A DNA stretch of 64,000 nucleotides from the human T2T-CHM13v2.0 reference genome, Homo sapiens. The stretch lies in NCBI RefSeq assembly GCF_009914755.1, contig NC_060930.1, one strand, 5' to 3'. The position numbers and the translations under genes were made by a program. The notes under the pieces were generated by a model. That model was not told the DNA's origin. It worked only from the letters and a program-made list of their open reading frames with translations, and did not search any database. Each line of letters starts with the position of its first letter. The first letter of the stretch is position 1. Shown here in pieces: positions 25,600 to 39,478 of this stretch.

Positions 25600-26810
25600 T
25601 TTTTGAAAATAGTTTTCATTAAGTAAAAATTTAAACATACACACAAGTAGAGCAAATAGTATGATGAAGTTGGTTTTTTCATCACTCAACTTCAATAATT
25701 ATCAATTCATGGCTCACCTTGTTTCAACCCTGTTCATGCAAACATCCTGCTGCCTCCCTGATTATTTTTCAGCCAAGCCCAGACAGAATATTATTTCATC
25801 TGTATATATTTCAGTAAATTTTTCCAAAACTTAAGGATCATTGTTTAAATTCATAGCCACAATATCTTAATCACACTTATAATTTCTTAATATCACCAAA
25901 TATCGAGTCAAGTTCACATTTGCCTGATTGTCTTATTATTAATTTACTTTAATTTTTATTTTCATTTAGTTCCATTTGACCAATTAATTCATTAACAGAC
26001 ACATGTCAGTTGAGATCCAAGTAAGGTCCCTGTGTGGAGATAGGAACCTATGTCTCTTAAGCCTCTTTTGGATACATTTGGCCCTAATTGCAACTTTTTT
26101 GGTTGAAAACTTAGATCATTTGCCCTATGGAGTTTTGCATAGCCCAGATTTTCCTCATTTTATCCCTATGGTGTAATTTGTCATATTCCTCGGTCCCTTG
26201 CATCTCTTACATCTAAAGACCTGGGAAGATTCACTTTCAGGTTTGCTTTTTATTCGTTGGTTTGTTTTGACTAGATGACCCTCAAAGGTGCTTTCACTCA
26301 AGAGTGTCATTAGGAGGTAATACATCAACAACTCCAGATCTGTGCCAGACTTCTTGTTTCATAAGGGCAACACATTTTAAATTCATTATTTCCGTAACGA
26401 GAACTTCCGCTCTTCAACTCTTCAGTTCCCCTGGGTTACCGATTATATAGAAAAGGTGAGAAAATTGTTTTCATCTTTCTTTTTACTTACTAGTTAGTTC
26501 TCATAAGGATGAAATGGTTTCTTAGCATCCTCCAAAGGTGATCAATTAGTTTTTTTTAAGTATCATTATAAATGCACAAATTTAAGCATATTTGATCTTT
26601 ATGCCAAGGTAGATTTTGGCTTTACTGATGGTGAAATTTATTTCATCTTTGGCTTGAGAGAGTTTACCCAGTTTGGCTGCTAAATCTTTTTGTGTGACAA
26701 GATATCCATGTTCATTTTGTATGCTTCCTGCCCTAGACCTGGAGTCAGCCGTTTTTCGAAGAAGTCGTATCTTTTTTATGGGAAGTACTATTAATAGGCC
26801 ACAATCATGA
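25600..26810 (-). mobile_element. L1MC4/5-like 3' region
   Basis: AAACATACACACAAGTAGAG..AATAGTATGATGAA; CCCAGACA..ATTATTTCATCTGTA; CTTCCTGCCCTAGACCTGGAGTCAGCC. Confidence 0.75.
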
Positions 26811-27766
26811 CATTTTTAAGGAGAGAAACGAAGCACTCTAGATTGGGCAATCCAGGAAGCCAAATGGATTATGTTTGATACTAGACAAGGGAAAACAAAA
26901 GGAAAAAAGATGCTGGAAGAATTTCTGCTTTTTCTCTGTATCCACCAAGTCATAATATTAACCCTCTCCAAAAGGCAAAAGAAAGATTTAAATCAAATTA
27001 CATCCATTGTTTCAGATAGGAGAGTCTAGCAGTTCCTGCTTGATTAAGCACATGCTTTTAACCTGAGGATGTTTATTAAGTGAAAAATTCTTAGTATTGC
27101 CATTAAGCACCCCCTTTAAAACTGAATGTGCTTTAAGATGTTTAAGAAATCATTCATGGTTTTCTATGGATGTGACTGGTTTAATAATGTTCCTCTTTAG
27201 TTTGTTTATGCAGCCTCGTTCAAAATGCCCGCTCTAGCCTGTTTTAAGCTTGCTACCATCTTTTGGTCTATTTCTGTGGATCGGAAACTAAGGAAAGTAC
27301 TGGAAGGAGCAGAGATGTGCGTTCCCCACTGTGATCCCCAGTGCTGACGCAGCTCTGCATTTGGTGACCTGAAATCACAGAGCCTGTGGATGGGTGGCTC
27401 CTGGCTGGGATGTGCATTTTGATGCAGCTCCTATGGCAAATCTAATGGAAGGCTCTGGCTAGCTGATGCATAGCTGGCCCCCTGCCCTCCTTTAACACAC
27501 AACGCATTCCTCATTCCACATACCACAGCCTATTTATGGATTCTGCTCGGACTAAGTCAGAAAATAAAATATGTTTTTGGCTTGTTTCATAAAACCGGAC
27601 ACAAAGGAAATGGAGGGAAAAAAATTGTTCCAACTCTCAGTCACATTTTAACATACAGATGGTAACTATAGGAGGTGTTAGTTGCAAAAAAAAAAAAAAA
27701 TGAGTTGATCGGGAAGATTTGCTTGAGTGAATTTTGATTTTGTTTCCAGTAGACCTCTTCACATGG

Positions 27767-27782
27767 CATTGTTTATGCAAAT
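27767..27782 (+). promoter_or_regulatory. Candidate Sox-Oct composite motif (+1 spacing)
   Basis: CATTGTT-T-ATGCAAAT; motif match only. Confidence 0.3.
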
Positions 27783-30700
27783 AGGCCCTCTTTTCAGAAA
27801 CCGTCTGGCTTCAGAAAACCCGTCAGTAGAGCATAAAAGCTAAGTTGTACAGCAGCAGTTAGCAGACCTTAACGCCAGCTGAATGGAGCACAGGATGAAT
27901 CTGCAGGCAGGCAGGAAAACAGAGGAGCTATTCTTCTCTGGGTACCAATGGTATGGAGGGAAGTCAGCAGACCCTGGAGGAAGACAGAAAAGGCCTGGAG
28001 AAAAGGGGCCGTCACCCTCCGCTAGAGAGAAAGAAAAACCTCCAGTCACGGAAGCCCAGGATTTTACACACAAGTGTGCTGAAAAGATAAAAACAGATTT
28101 TATCCTTGCTCCTGTGTTTTCAGTGGTTCTGATATATGAAAACATATTTGTCTCTCTTCATCTTTCACTCCTCTTAGATGAGATTTAGGGAAAGGAAGTA
28201 ATAGTGTTATTTACTCACAAAAAATAAAATGAGCTTTTGTCTCCATTTTCCTCTTCATTTGTATCCTGATTAGCATTTCTTACAGGAACAGATATTGATG
28301 GCAGAGGTACAATGGGAAGTGTGAAGGTTTTTTTTTTTTTTTTTTTTTTAATTGGTAACCTGTTTTTTCCTGGACAGGGTGCTGGGCATGAAAAGCTGGA
28401 CATCTCCATTTTATTACAGTTTGCTTATAATTATATGTGTTTAGATAGAGGGGTGTATATACCACCCCCCACCACACACACACACAGAGTATATACATCA
28501 TTCAGGGGGTGTTCTAAAAATATAAACATTGCATTAAGTATAATGATTTTATAAATCAACTAGCAAGGAACAAAGAATCATATAAATTCTGAGTAGATTC
28601 TGTTTACCTTAAATTATTTTTTTTCTGTTTTACATTTTGTGAGAAGCCTGGATTTTTTTTTCATAGAATTTTCTATGGAAAAGGTAAGAGGCATAAAATC
28701 AGAGGTGTTGAAAGCACTTCTTGTCAATAGATTGAACAACAGTTGATTCCATTTTTTCCCTTGCACCATTTATTATAACTTGGTTTAGAAACAGCTCAGA
28801 TTCTCTTTTTACCTGTGTGAATGACTATTCTTTATTAACCGAACACATAAAAAAATGTAATGATACAAGTTGCATAATGTAATACAATTGTTTAAAAATA
28901 CAGAAAACATCAAGATTCCAGTAATGAATATATGCTTTTTACTTCAGCATAGGACAGTGTTTATTGCATTTATTCTGGCCATGGCTTTCAGAGTATTATT
29001 TGTGTTTTAAACTAGCATAGAAAAACCATTCATTCTGATCAGGGATAAAATTTTTAAAAAAACCACCCTAAGCTGATGCTACATAAGGGAAATGAATAAT
29101 GTATTTTTAATTTGAATAGATCTGCTTCTTTTGCTTTTGCTACCTTTTAAAGTGAGGAACGAGCCCTGGAAGTCTTTTTTAAGAGCACTGTGTAACGACC
29201 AGGACCTTCAAAAAGCTTTGTCTTTGTGGAGTTTGGAAATTGCTGGTCATTCTGACCACATTAGAAGCGCATCTTTTTGAACTACAGAAACTAAAAAAAA
29301 AAGAAGAAAAAGAAAAAAGTACAGAAAGAAGAGAAGGGCATCATCTGCATTTCATGGGCCTGGCCTTCTTTGGAAAGGTTATTGCCGTGGCTCTGCTTTA
29401 TCACTCACAAGAATAACAATAACATTTTAGGTGGAAAGTTGGGGGCTCTCCACAAAGGGTTATTTTCCATCTGTCATCAGTTTGGGTTTTGCATATCAAT
29501 AAAAAATTAATAAATTAATTTCAGGCATATATGACACAGTTAATGTGGAAGGTCTATTGTTCGGAGAGGAATAGTATATTCTTATCAGTGGATTTAAACA
29601 GCTATTCATCATTTCTAAAGGGCAATTATTTGGAATCCATTAAACTGGAATTCATAATACCCCTGCATACTGAATTTTAAATAGAAATCTGTATTTAGAT
29701 GAAGGAATACATTAGGATAAGTCATTAGAGCACTGAAAATCCATGACTTGTTCATTTTTCACTTTTTTTTTTTAACAGATAATATGAAGCACCAGGGATC
29801 TTGGTCCTTTAATAAAACCAAACAGAAAGAAAACCGTGCACTCTTTTTTCAGTAGCATTGCTATGGATAATTATGTTTTCTTTTTTATCTTCATGTTCCA
29901 GTTTTTCTAATTATTACTCAGAAAATGAATCATCTCAAGGAAAAATTCCCAGTTTGCAACAGAAAACTCCTGACTTAAAAATGGCGGCACTTCTCTGCAG
30001 TTGATGCCTTTCCTGGCTACCTGGCCATCGAAATTCTCCAAGTTATTGCTTACAAGAGCACATGAAAGCTAAAGAGAGATGTGTGTGGAAAATCGCACAA
30101 CTACAAATGGGGTAGAGAGAACCCAGTCTTGATTAATGAAAATTTAAATTTTTATAGAATATTATTTTTAAATAAATTTGGTCCCCGTAATTTTAAATAA
30201 TATGAGAATAATGGTTATTAGGCCTATTTTAATACATGATTCAGAAACAGTTATAGTTATTATGTTGATGCATGCGAAAGTGCTGCTTTTGTTGCTGCAA
30301 AAGCATAGAAGAAAATGTGGTTGCCAGATATCTAACCGAGTCAAGTAATCCCTTTGACATTAGCAATTTGCTTAACATCTCTTTTCCTCACATAAACTAT
30401 GCTGAATAAATTATAATCCAACCTATGTTAGAACAAATAACAACTCTGAATTAGTGTGGACTAATAGAGATTTTTCTGTGTATCGTATCTACCATATTCT
30501 CCCAGCTTGAACTTCTGTTAACATTTATGTGCTAGTTATTTACATGGACTTCTTTAGTAGATATATTTGGCAAAGGGAAAATTATAAGCCCACAGCTATG
30601 AAAGATAAAGATAAGAGGACCTCACCGATCTGGACTATTCTAAACAAGGCTTTACTGAGCTTTCCCATCGGCCCTCCCACACACACACACCTTTCTCCAT

Positions 30701-31483
30701 TACAGGCACATCTTAATGAGACAACCTAATGGAAAGGCAAATAAAATAACAGGCACATGATCCACATGTGTTGATGTGGGCTGGCAAAAAATCAGATTTC
30801 TTAAAAACACAGCATATAGCCCTATGACTTGCAGCCTCGTTTGCAAAGGTGTGAACACAGTCTGTTCCAGCATCCACACTGTTAACCTTTTTCTTGACAA
30901 GAAACTAAGTATAAAACACGTGAATAAGCATGTGCATCTACTTGTATGAGCACGCACATGCGAAGAAGCACATGCTGTATTCACATATCCTGTATTGGAC
31001 TAAATCGTATGCTAGTAAACATATAAACCGGGTAACAGTGATTTATAGACAACAATTACCAAACTCGAAGGACCATAAGTCATAGAATTGCTGTTTGAAT
31101 CCTTTGATAATATATAGTCATAAGAAAAATGAGTAACAATGTACGTATGCATGTGAAGGCAGCAGGAAATGTAGCTAAGGACTGGAGTTTATGTGTGTGA
31201 CTGCTTTGCATTTTTCCAAGATGCAATTTTATGAATGCTTATTTGGTTTTGATTTTTTTCTAATATGAATAGATAAATTTAACCTCACCTTCTTAATTGA
31301 CAAAATAAAATTGAGCATCTTTTGCTAAGTAACCTTTAAGGGTGTATTAAACTATATTTATTCTTATATATTAGACATCAAAGTATATGCCATATATAAT
31401 ATTATATCATATACTATACCTATGTATGTGTGTGTCTATAGAGGTGAGCAGATGACCATAAAAGCTGCACTTAATATGGGGCC

Positions 31484-31951
31484 CCCATTAGTTTTCCAGG
31501 GCTGCCATAACAAAATACCACAGACTGAGTAGCTTAAACAACAGACATTTATTGTCTCAAGGTTTTGGAAGCTGTTAATAGAAGTCTGATTATTAATGTG
31601 TTAGCTACGTTGGTGCCTTCTTTATGAGGAAGACTCTATTTCAGGCCTCTCCCCTAGCTTCTGGTGATTGAGATATTTTGAGATTCCTTGGCTTGCAGAC
31701 ACATCAGCCTGGTCTCTGCCTTCACGTTCATGTGGTATTCTCCCTGCGTAAATGTCTGTGTCTGAATTTCTCTTTTTATAAGGACAACAGTCATATTGGA
31801 TTAGGGGCTCATTCTACTCCAGCATGACCTCATCCTAATTTAACTAATTCATCTGCTATGAACCTATGTCCAAATGAGGCCACACTCTGAAATACTGGAG
31901 GTTAGAACCTCCACACAAAAGTTTTGTGGGGATGCGAGTAAACCCATAACA
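31484..31951 (-). mobile_element. MLT1C-like MaLR solo LTR
   Basis: GGGCTGCCATAACAAAATACCACAGACTG...TTATAAGGACAACAGTCATATTGGATTAGGG...CCCATAACA; TSD GGGCC/GGGCG. Confidence 0.9.
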
Positions 31952-33232
31952 GGGCGTATAGATACAGCTTTTGTGAACCACATTTAGTTAACGGCTTTTG
32001 GAGGGGCTGTCTTCACTGAAAGAAGCCTCTCTAGTCCCACTCTCATTCTTAAGACAGAAGCGAATCTGTTCATGTAGATTAGACTGAAGGCTACCTTTAC
32101 CCAAAGCATGGGTGTGTACCACACTTGAGCAGTAGTTATGCTAAGGATTACCTGAAGCCAAGAAACCATGCAAGTCATAGTCTGGCCACAGTTCAGGAAT
32201 GGAATGAAACTAGGCTCAGTGATATAAGTTCTGGCGTGAGTTTTGGAGCTGGAACAGTGGAGACGTGCAGGCTCAGACGCTACTCTGAAGACCTGATGAA
32301 GATTTCTCAAATTCCGGTAAATCAGGAAGACTCAGGCTGTCAGAGCTGTGTCTTTCTATGGCTTAATGCCAAGAAGGCCATTTGTATCTATCCAGACTAT
32401 AATTTTTCCAAATGAGAACTATGTTACTATTACATGGTAACTTGTTTTGAAAATTTATATCAATACTACTACCAGAGATGAAAGTGTGTCAGCCAATAAC
32501 ATCTTGTTACAAAATAATTGGAATAGAATGCCTACCTCAACACTAGTTCAGTTCAGTATGGAGGGAATAGAATTTGATGAATTCTAATTCATCAAACTCA
32601 GGACTCACAAGACTATATATCTTGCAAGTTTTAAATCCAATCCATCCTATTTTAGTAGAAATACAATGTTTTAATGTCAGATTTCTAATGTTGAAAATAC
32701 AGAATGCAAAACAGAGTTGCACATGATCTTTACATAATAAGTGAGTATGGAATGGATTTTGAAACTTTGTCCTGTGTGTATTAGAAAGCAGAAAATGATG
32801 GATGGCCCTTTGGAAGAAGTGAACTTAAAAAATACATTGTTATTTGGTAAGAGGTGGACAGCAGTTTGGGTGAAGCTACATGAAAGAAAACCAAGATAAA
32901 AATTAGACAAAAAATTAAAACATTATTGAAGTGACTAAAACGGATTTAGTCTGAGATGACCTTTTGCTCGCTGATTATAATAAAGAATATCCTCTTTACC
33001 TGAAAGATGAGAAGATTGTACCGACCTACACAACTAGTGAAATATGAAGAACAGAGAACAAATCCTGAATAAAGTCCACAATGACAGGATTTGAAGAAGC
33101 ATTTTAAATATTGTAAGAAATAAAATAAGTATGTTCAGTAAATTATATTATATATGGTGCCCTTTTTCTTAGTGTTGGAATTTTACTATTTGCATCTGTC
33201 AGTGTTAGAGTTATTTTATTGAAAATTTATAG

Positions 33233-33610
<378 letters not shown>

Positions 33611-33783
33611 TGAAGCACCTGAGTTTGTTAGATCACAAAACACATGAAAAAAATCATGGACACCACCTCCGGATCGTAGACCATCTGCTGGCTGAGTTTC
33701 ATACGGCCTCACTAGGAATAGTCACACAATTCCTCAGCATCTATAAACAGAATTAAGCGGCCGTTATTCATTTAAAAACGAGT

Positions 33784-34287
33784 TGTTTTATGGATTGAAT
33801 TATGTCCTCCCAAAGATATATTGAAGTCTTCACCCCAGGTACCTGTGAATTTGAAGTTATTTGGAAATAAGGTCTTTGCTGATGTAATCAAGTTAAGGAA
33901 AGGTAATTAGGGTGAGCCCTAGTCTAATATGACTTATGTCCTTACAAGAGAAGGAAAATGTCACGTGAAGAAAAAGACACACAGGGAGAGGCTGAGGAGG
34001 AAAGTGTCATGTGAAGAAAAAGACACACAGGGAGAGGCTGAGGGATAAGATGTGATAGGAGAGGCAGGGACTGGAGTGAGACAGCTACAAGCCAAGGAAC
34101 CCTGAGGGTAGACGGCCGCCATCAGAAGCTAGGAAGGGGCAGGAAGGTTTCTACCCAGACTGTCAGATGGATATGGCCCTGCTGATGCCCTGATTTTGGA
34201 CATCTAGCCTCCAGAACAGTGAAAAAATAAATTTCCATTGTTTTAAGCCACCATTCTTTGTTACAGCAGCCATAAGAAACTAATACA
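33784..34287 (+). mobile_element. MLT1B/C MaLR solo LTR with an internal 46-bp tandem duplication
   Basis: TTATGGATTGAATTATGTCCTCCCAAA...TTATTTGGAAATAAGGTCTTTGC...GAAACTAATACA. Confidence 0.9.
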
Positions 34288-34646
34288 TTGAGTTCTGATA
34301 TTGAGCATTTTGCATTATTTGACAACACTTGTTATTACAGAAACCTACGGCCTGCACAAATCAAATTGCAAACTCCTTGACAGCCAAAAGTGCTTTCTTT
34401 GTCTTTGGCCTTCCCACTTTAAAAGTACATGTTTACTCACATACACATATTTTGATTCTTTGTGTAACAAGTCATTTCTTTGGTGGTTAAGGATATACCA
34501 TGTATAAGGATAGTGCCTGCTTATGCATGATAACAAATCAATAAATAGGTTAGGCTCATATAGTCCAAGTGACAGTGTGTTCAGGAATATTTTTTGTGTG
34601 TATTTTTAAAGTAGTTGGACACCTAAGCAAACTAGCTAGATAAGCC

Positions 34647-34664
34647 TCTTTCTTTCTTTCTTTC

Positions 34665-34724
<60 letters not shown>

Positions 34725-34864
34725 TTTCTTTCTTTCTTCTTTCTTTCTTTCTTTCTTTTCTTTCTTCCTTTTTTCTTTCTTTCTTCTTTCTCTCTCTTTC
34801 TTTCTCTTTCTCTCTCTCTCTTTCTTTCTTCTTCTTTCTTTCTTCCTTTCTTTTTTTTTTTTTT
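34647..34864. repeat. Compound (TTTC)n/(TC)n microsatellite derived from an Alu tail
   Basis: ~220-bp pyrimidine tract abutting an Alu 3' end. Confidence 0.95.
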
Positions 34865-35143
<279 letters not shown>

Positions 35144-35604
35144 TAAGCCACATGTTTCTACACTTCAGCTTCTCTTTCTGGACTCTCTATCTAAATTATC
35201 ACCATCTCTTCTTCCAAATGAACACATCCACCCCTTCGTGCTGTTTTTTGGATGTACAAAGCTTCTCATGGTGCCTACCCAAGCCTGGCCTCACATGAAA
35301 TGCCCTTTTCCACCTTCCCATTAAGGGCATAAGCTTCAGAATGGAAATGCCAATTTCTTCAACGAGGTTATATCTGCTGGGTGGAAGCAATTTGATTAAA
35401 TCAATTCACTTTAATGAATTAATGGCAACTTATTTAATTTTCCCAAGGATATTTACATTTTGAAAGAGGAAAATTATTAACATAAATTCTTATTAATAGA
35501 AATGTAGACAGCATGTGAAACCAAAATCACATGGTGTAGAGATTTTGAAGGAGATGATCTTTCACATTATTCACTACACCCTACCATTAGAAAATAGCCC
35601 ACAC

Positions 35605-35915
35605 AGCCAGGTGCAGTGGCTCACTTCCATAATCTTAGCACTTTGGAAGGCCGAGGCAGGTGGATCACTTGAGGCCGGGAGTTCAAGACCAGCCTGGCCA
35701 ATATGGTGAAACCCCATCTCTACGAAACAAAAAAAAAATTAGCCGGGCATGGTGGTGTGAGCCTGTAGTCCCAGCTACTTGGGAAGCTGAGGCAGAGAAT
35801 TGCTTGAACCTGGGAGGCGGAGGTTGCAGTGAGCTGAAATCAGACCACTGCCTTCCAGCCTGGGCAACAGAGTAAGACTCTGTCTCTGTAAATAAAAAAA
35901 GAAAAGAAAAGAAAA
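35605..35915 (+). mobile_element. AluS (Sz-like)
   Basis: Full dimer, (GAAAA)n tail, AGCCCAC repeated on both flanks. Confidence 0.93.
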
Positions 35916-37314
35916 GAAAGCCCACTCTAACATCTTCATCAAAGCAATTGTGCTTCCCCATTCTGATCACTTGTGAGCACATAAAGAGAGACAATATTAT
36001 GAAGATGTTGGGCAATTTTTTTTTTGAGTGGGGGATTCAGTGGGTATATGTGCAGATTTGTTAATGGGTATGTTACATGATGCTCAGGTTTGGAGTATAG
36101 ATGGCCCTATTGCCCAGGTACTGAGCGTAGTACCTAATGGGTAGTTTTTCAGCCCATGTCCCCTTCTCTCCCTCTCTCTTCTAGTAGTCCCCAGTATCAA
36201 TTGTTGCCATCTTTGTAACCATGTGTATTAAATGTTTAGCACTCTTTTATAAGTGAGAACATGAAGTATTTGGTTTTCTGTTTCTGTGTTAATTTGCTTA
36301 GGATAATGGCGTCCAACTGCATCCATGTTGCTGTGAAGGACATGAATTAATTATTTTTTATGGCTGCCTAGTATTCCATCGTGTATATGTACCACTTTTT
36401 TTTAACCAATCTACCATTGATGGGCACTTAGGTTGATTCCATATTTTTGTTATTGTGAATAGTGCTGTGATGATCATACAAGTTCATGTGTCTTTTTGGT
36501 AAAATGGTTTATTTTCCTTTGGTTATATACTCAGTAATAGAATTTCTGGGTCAAATGATAGTTCTATTTTAAGTTCTTTGAGAAATCTTCAAACTGTTTT
36601 CCACAGTGGCTAAACTAATTTGCATCCCCTCCAAGTGTGTATGCATTCCCTTTTCCCTGGAGCTTCACCAGCATCTGTTATTTTTTGACTTCTTAATAAT
36701 TGCCATTCTGACTGGTGTGAGTGGTATCCTTTAGAGGTTTTGATTTGCATTTCTCTAATGATTAGTGATGTTGAGCATTTTTTTTCATGTATTTGTTGGC
36801 TGCTTGTATGTCTTCTGAGAAGTGTCTGTTCAGGTCTTTTGCCTATTTTTTAATTGGATTATTTGTTTTTTTGCTTGTTGATTTCTTTAAGTTCCTTTTA
36901 GACTGTGGATATAAAGTCTTTGTTAGATGCATAGCTTATGAATATTTTTTCCCATTCTGTAGGCTATTTACTCTGTTGACAATTTCTTTTGCTCTACAGA
37001 AGCTTGTTAGTTCGGTTAGGTCCCAATTGTCAATTTTTCTTTCTGTTATAATTGTTTTTGGGGACTTACCCATAAATTCTTGGCCAAATCTGATATTGAG
37101 AAAGGTATTTCCTAGCTTTTCTTCTAGATTTTTTATAGTTTGAGGTCTTACATTTAAGTATTTTAATCCATCTTAACATTTGTATACAGTGAAACGTAGG
37201 GGTCCAGTTTCATTCTTCTGCATATGGCTAACTAGTTATTCCAGCACCACTTAATAAATAGAGAGTTCTTTCCCATTGCTTCTTTTGTTGACTTTGTCAA
37301 AAATCAGATGGTTG

Positions 37315-37662
37315 GGCCAGGTGCAGCGGCTCATGCCTGTAATTCCAGTACTTTGGGAGGCCGTGGTGGCTGGATCGCTTGAGGTAAAAAGTTCCAGACC
37401 AGCCTGGGAAACATGGTGAAACCTCATCTCTACAAACAAACAAACAATAACAACAACCAAAAAACCCAAAAAATAATTACCCATAGTGGCATGCACCTGT
37501 ATTCCCAGCTGCTTATGGGGATTGAGGTGGGAAGCAGGAGGATCACTTGAACATGGGAGGTCAAGGCTGCAGTGTTGCCGAGTTCCAAGTTTGCACCACT
37601 GCACTGCAGCCTGGGTGACACACTAAGGCCCTGTCTCAAAGAAAAAAACAAAAAACAAAAAA
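37315..37662 (+). mobile_element. AluJ nested in L1
   Basis: J diagnostics (GGAGGATCACTTGA, GGTCAAGGCTGCAGTG, CCCTGTCTC); TSD TCAGATGGTT. Confidence 0.9.
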
Positions 37663-39350
37663 CAGTCAGATGGTTTTAGCTTTGTGTGGCTTTATGTGGC
37701 TTTATTTCTGGGTTCTCTATCCTGTTCCATTGATCTTTGCATCTGGTTTTGTCCAGTACCATGCTGTTTTGGTTAGTGTAGCTTTAGTATATAGTTTAAA
37801 GCAGAGTAATGTAAGTCCTCCAGCTTTGTTCTTTTTGCTTAGGATTGCTTTGGCTATTTTGGCACCTTTTTGGTTCCATATGAATTTTAGAATAGTTTTT
37901 TTTCTACTTCTGTTTAAAATGACACTGATATTTTGATAAGGATAGCACTGAATCTGTAAATTGCTTTTGGCAGTAGGACCATTTTAACAATACATATTCT
38001 TCCAATTCATGAGCGTGGAATGTTTTTCATTTTTTTGTGTGTCACGTGTGATTTCTTTCAGTAGTGTTTTGTAGTTTTCCTTATAGAAATCTTTCACCTT
38101 CTTGGTTAGACGTACTTCTAGATATTTTATTTATTTTGCAGCAATTATAAATGGGATTGTGTTCTTGATTCAGCTTTCACCTAGAGTGTTATTGGTGTAT
38201 AGAAATGCTACTGATTTTTGTACCTTGATTTCATAGCCTGAAAGCTTACTGAAGTAGCTTATTGGTTCCAGGAGCCTTTTGGCAAAGTCTTTAGACTTTT
38301 CTAGTTGTAGGATCCTATCATCCATGACGAGAGATAGTTTGACTTCTTTTCCTATTTGGAGGCCTTGTCTTTCTTTCTCTTGTTTGATGGCTCTGGCTTG
38401 CAATTTCAGTACTGTGTTGAAGAGGAGTGGCGAAATTGGGCATCCTTGTCTTGCTCCAGTTCTCAAGGGGAATTGTTTCAGTGTGTTGTTGCCCATTAAG
38501 TGTGTTGTTGACCATGGGTTTGTCACAGATGGCTCTTTTTATTTTGAGTTATGTTCATTTGATGCCTAGTCCGTTGAGGGTTTTTTTTTTTCTCTTCATG
38601 AAGGAATCTTGGACTTTATCAACGACTTTGCCTGTCTCTATTGAGATCATCATATGATTTTTGTTTTTTATTCTGTTTTTATTCTGCTTGTAACAAAATG
38701 TGGTGAATCACATTAATTTAATTTATTTATTTATGTTTAACCAAACTTGCATCCCAGGAATAAAGTCTACTTGATCATGATGAATTAACTTTTTGATGTG
38801 CTATTGGATTCAGTTTGTTAGTATTTTGTGGAGGATTTTTGTAACTATGTTCATCAGGGATATTGGCCTAAAGTTGTGTTGTGTGTGTGGGTGTGTGCCA
38901 GATTTTGGTATCAGGATGATGCTGGCTTTGTAGAATGAGTTAGGTAGGAGGCCCTCTTCCTTGATTTTTTTTTTGAATAGTTTCAGTAGAAGTGGTATCA
39001 GTTCTTTGTACATCTCATAGAATTTGGCTATGAATCCATCTGATTTTTGTACACTGATTTCATAGCCTGAAACCTTACTGAAGTAGCTTATCAGTTCCAG
39101 GAGCCTTTTGGCAAAGTCTTTAGGGTTTTCTAGTTGTAGGATCCTATCATCTGTGACGAGAGATAATTTGACTTCTTTTCCTATTTGGATGCCTTTTCTT
39201 TCTTTCTCTTGCTTGATTGCTCTGGCTAGCAATTTCGGTACTGTGTTGAAGAGGAGTGGCAAGAGTGGGCATCCTTGTCTTGTTCCAGTTCTCAAGGGGA
39301 ATTGTTTCAGCTTTTGCCCATTAAGTGTGATGTTGGCCATGGGTTTGTCA

Positions 39351-39478
39351 TATGACATTGACATATAATATGTCAATATATATTACATTATATTAAATTA
39401 CTGAATTAGGTTTTATATATGTTATATGTATTATATATATAACATATACATATGCATATATATATATATATAAAATAA
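39351..39478. repeat. AT-rich non-L1 filler with short palindromes
   Basis: (TA)-rich; starts with TGTCATATGACA and TTGACATA-TAA-TATGTCAA inverted repeats. Confidence 0.8.

Noticed and set aside
27840-28188. Overlapping 101-aa ORFs on both strands in unique sequence
   Set aside because: No recognisable domain or exon context; ORFs of this size arise by chance.
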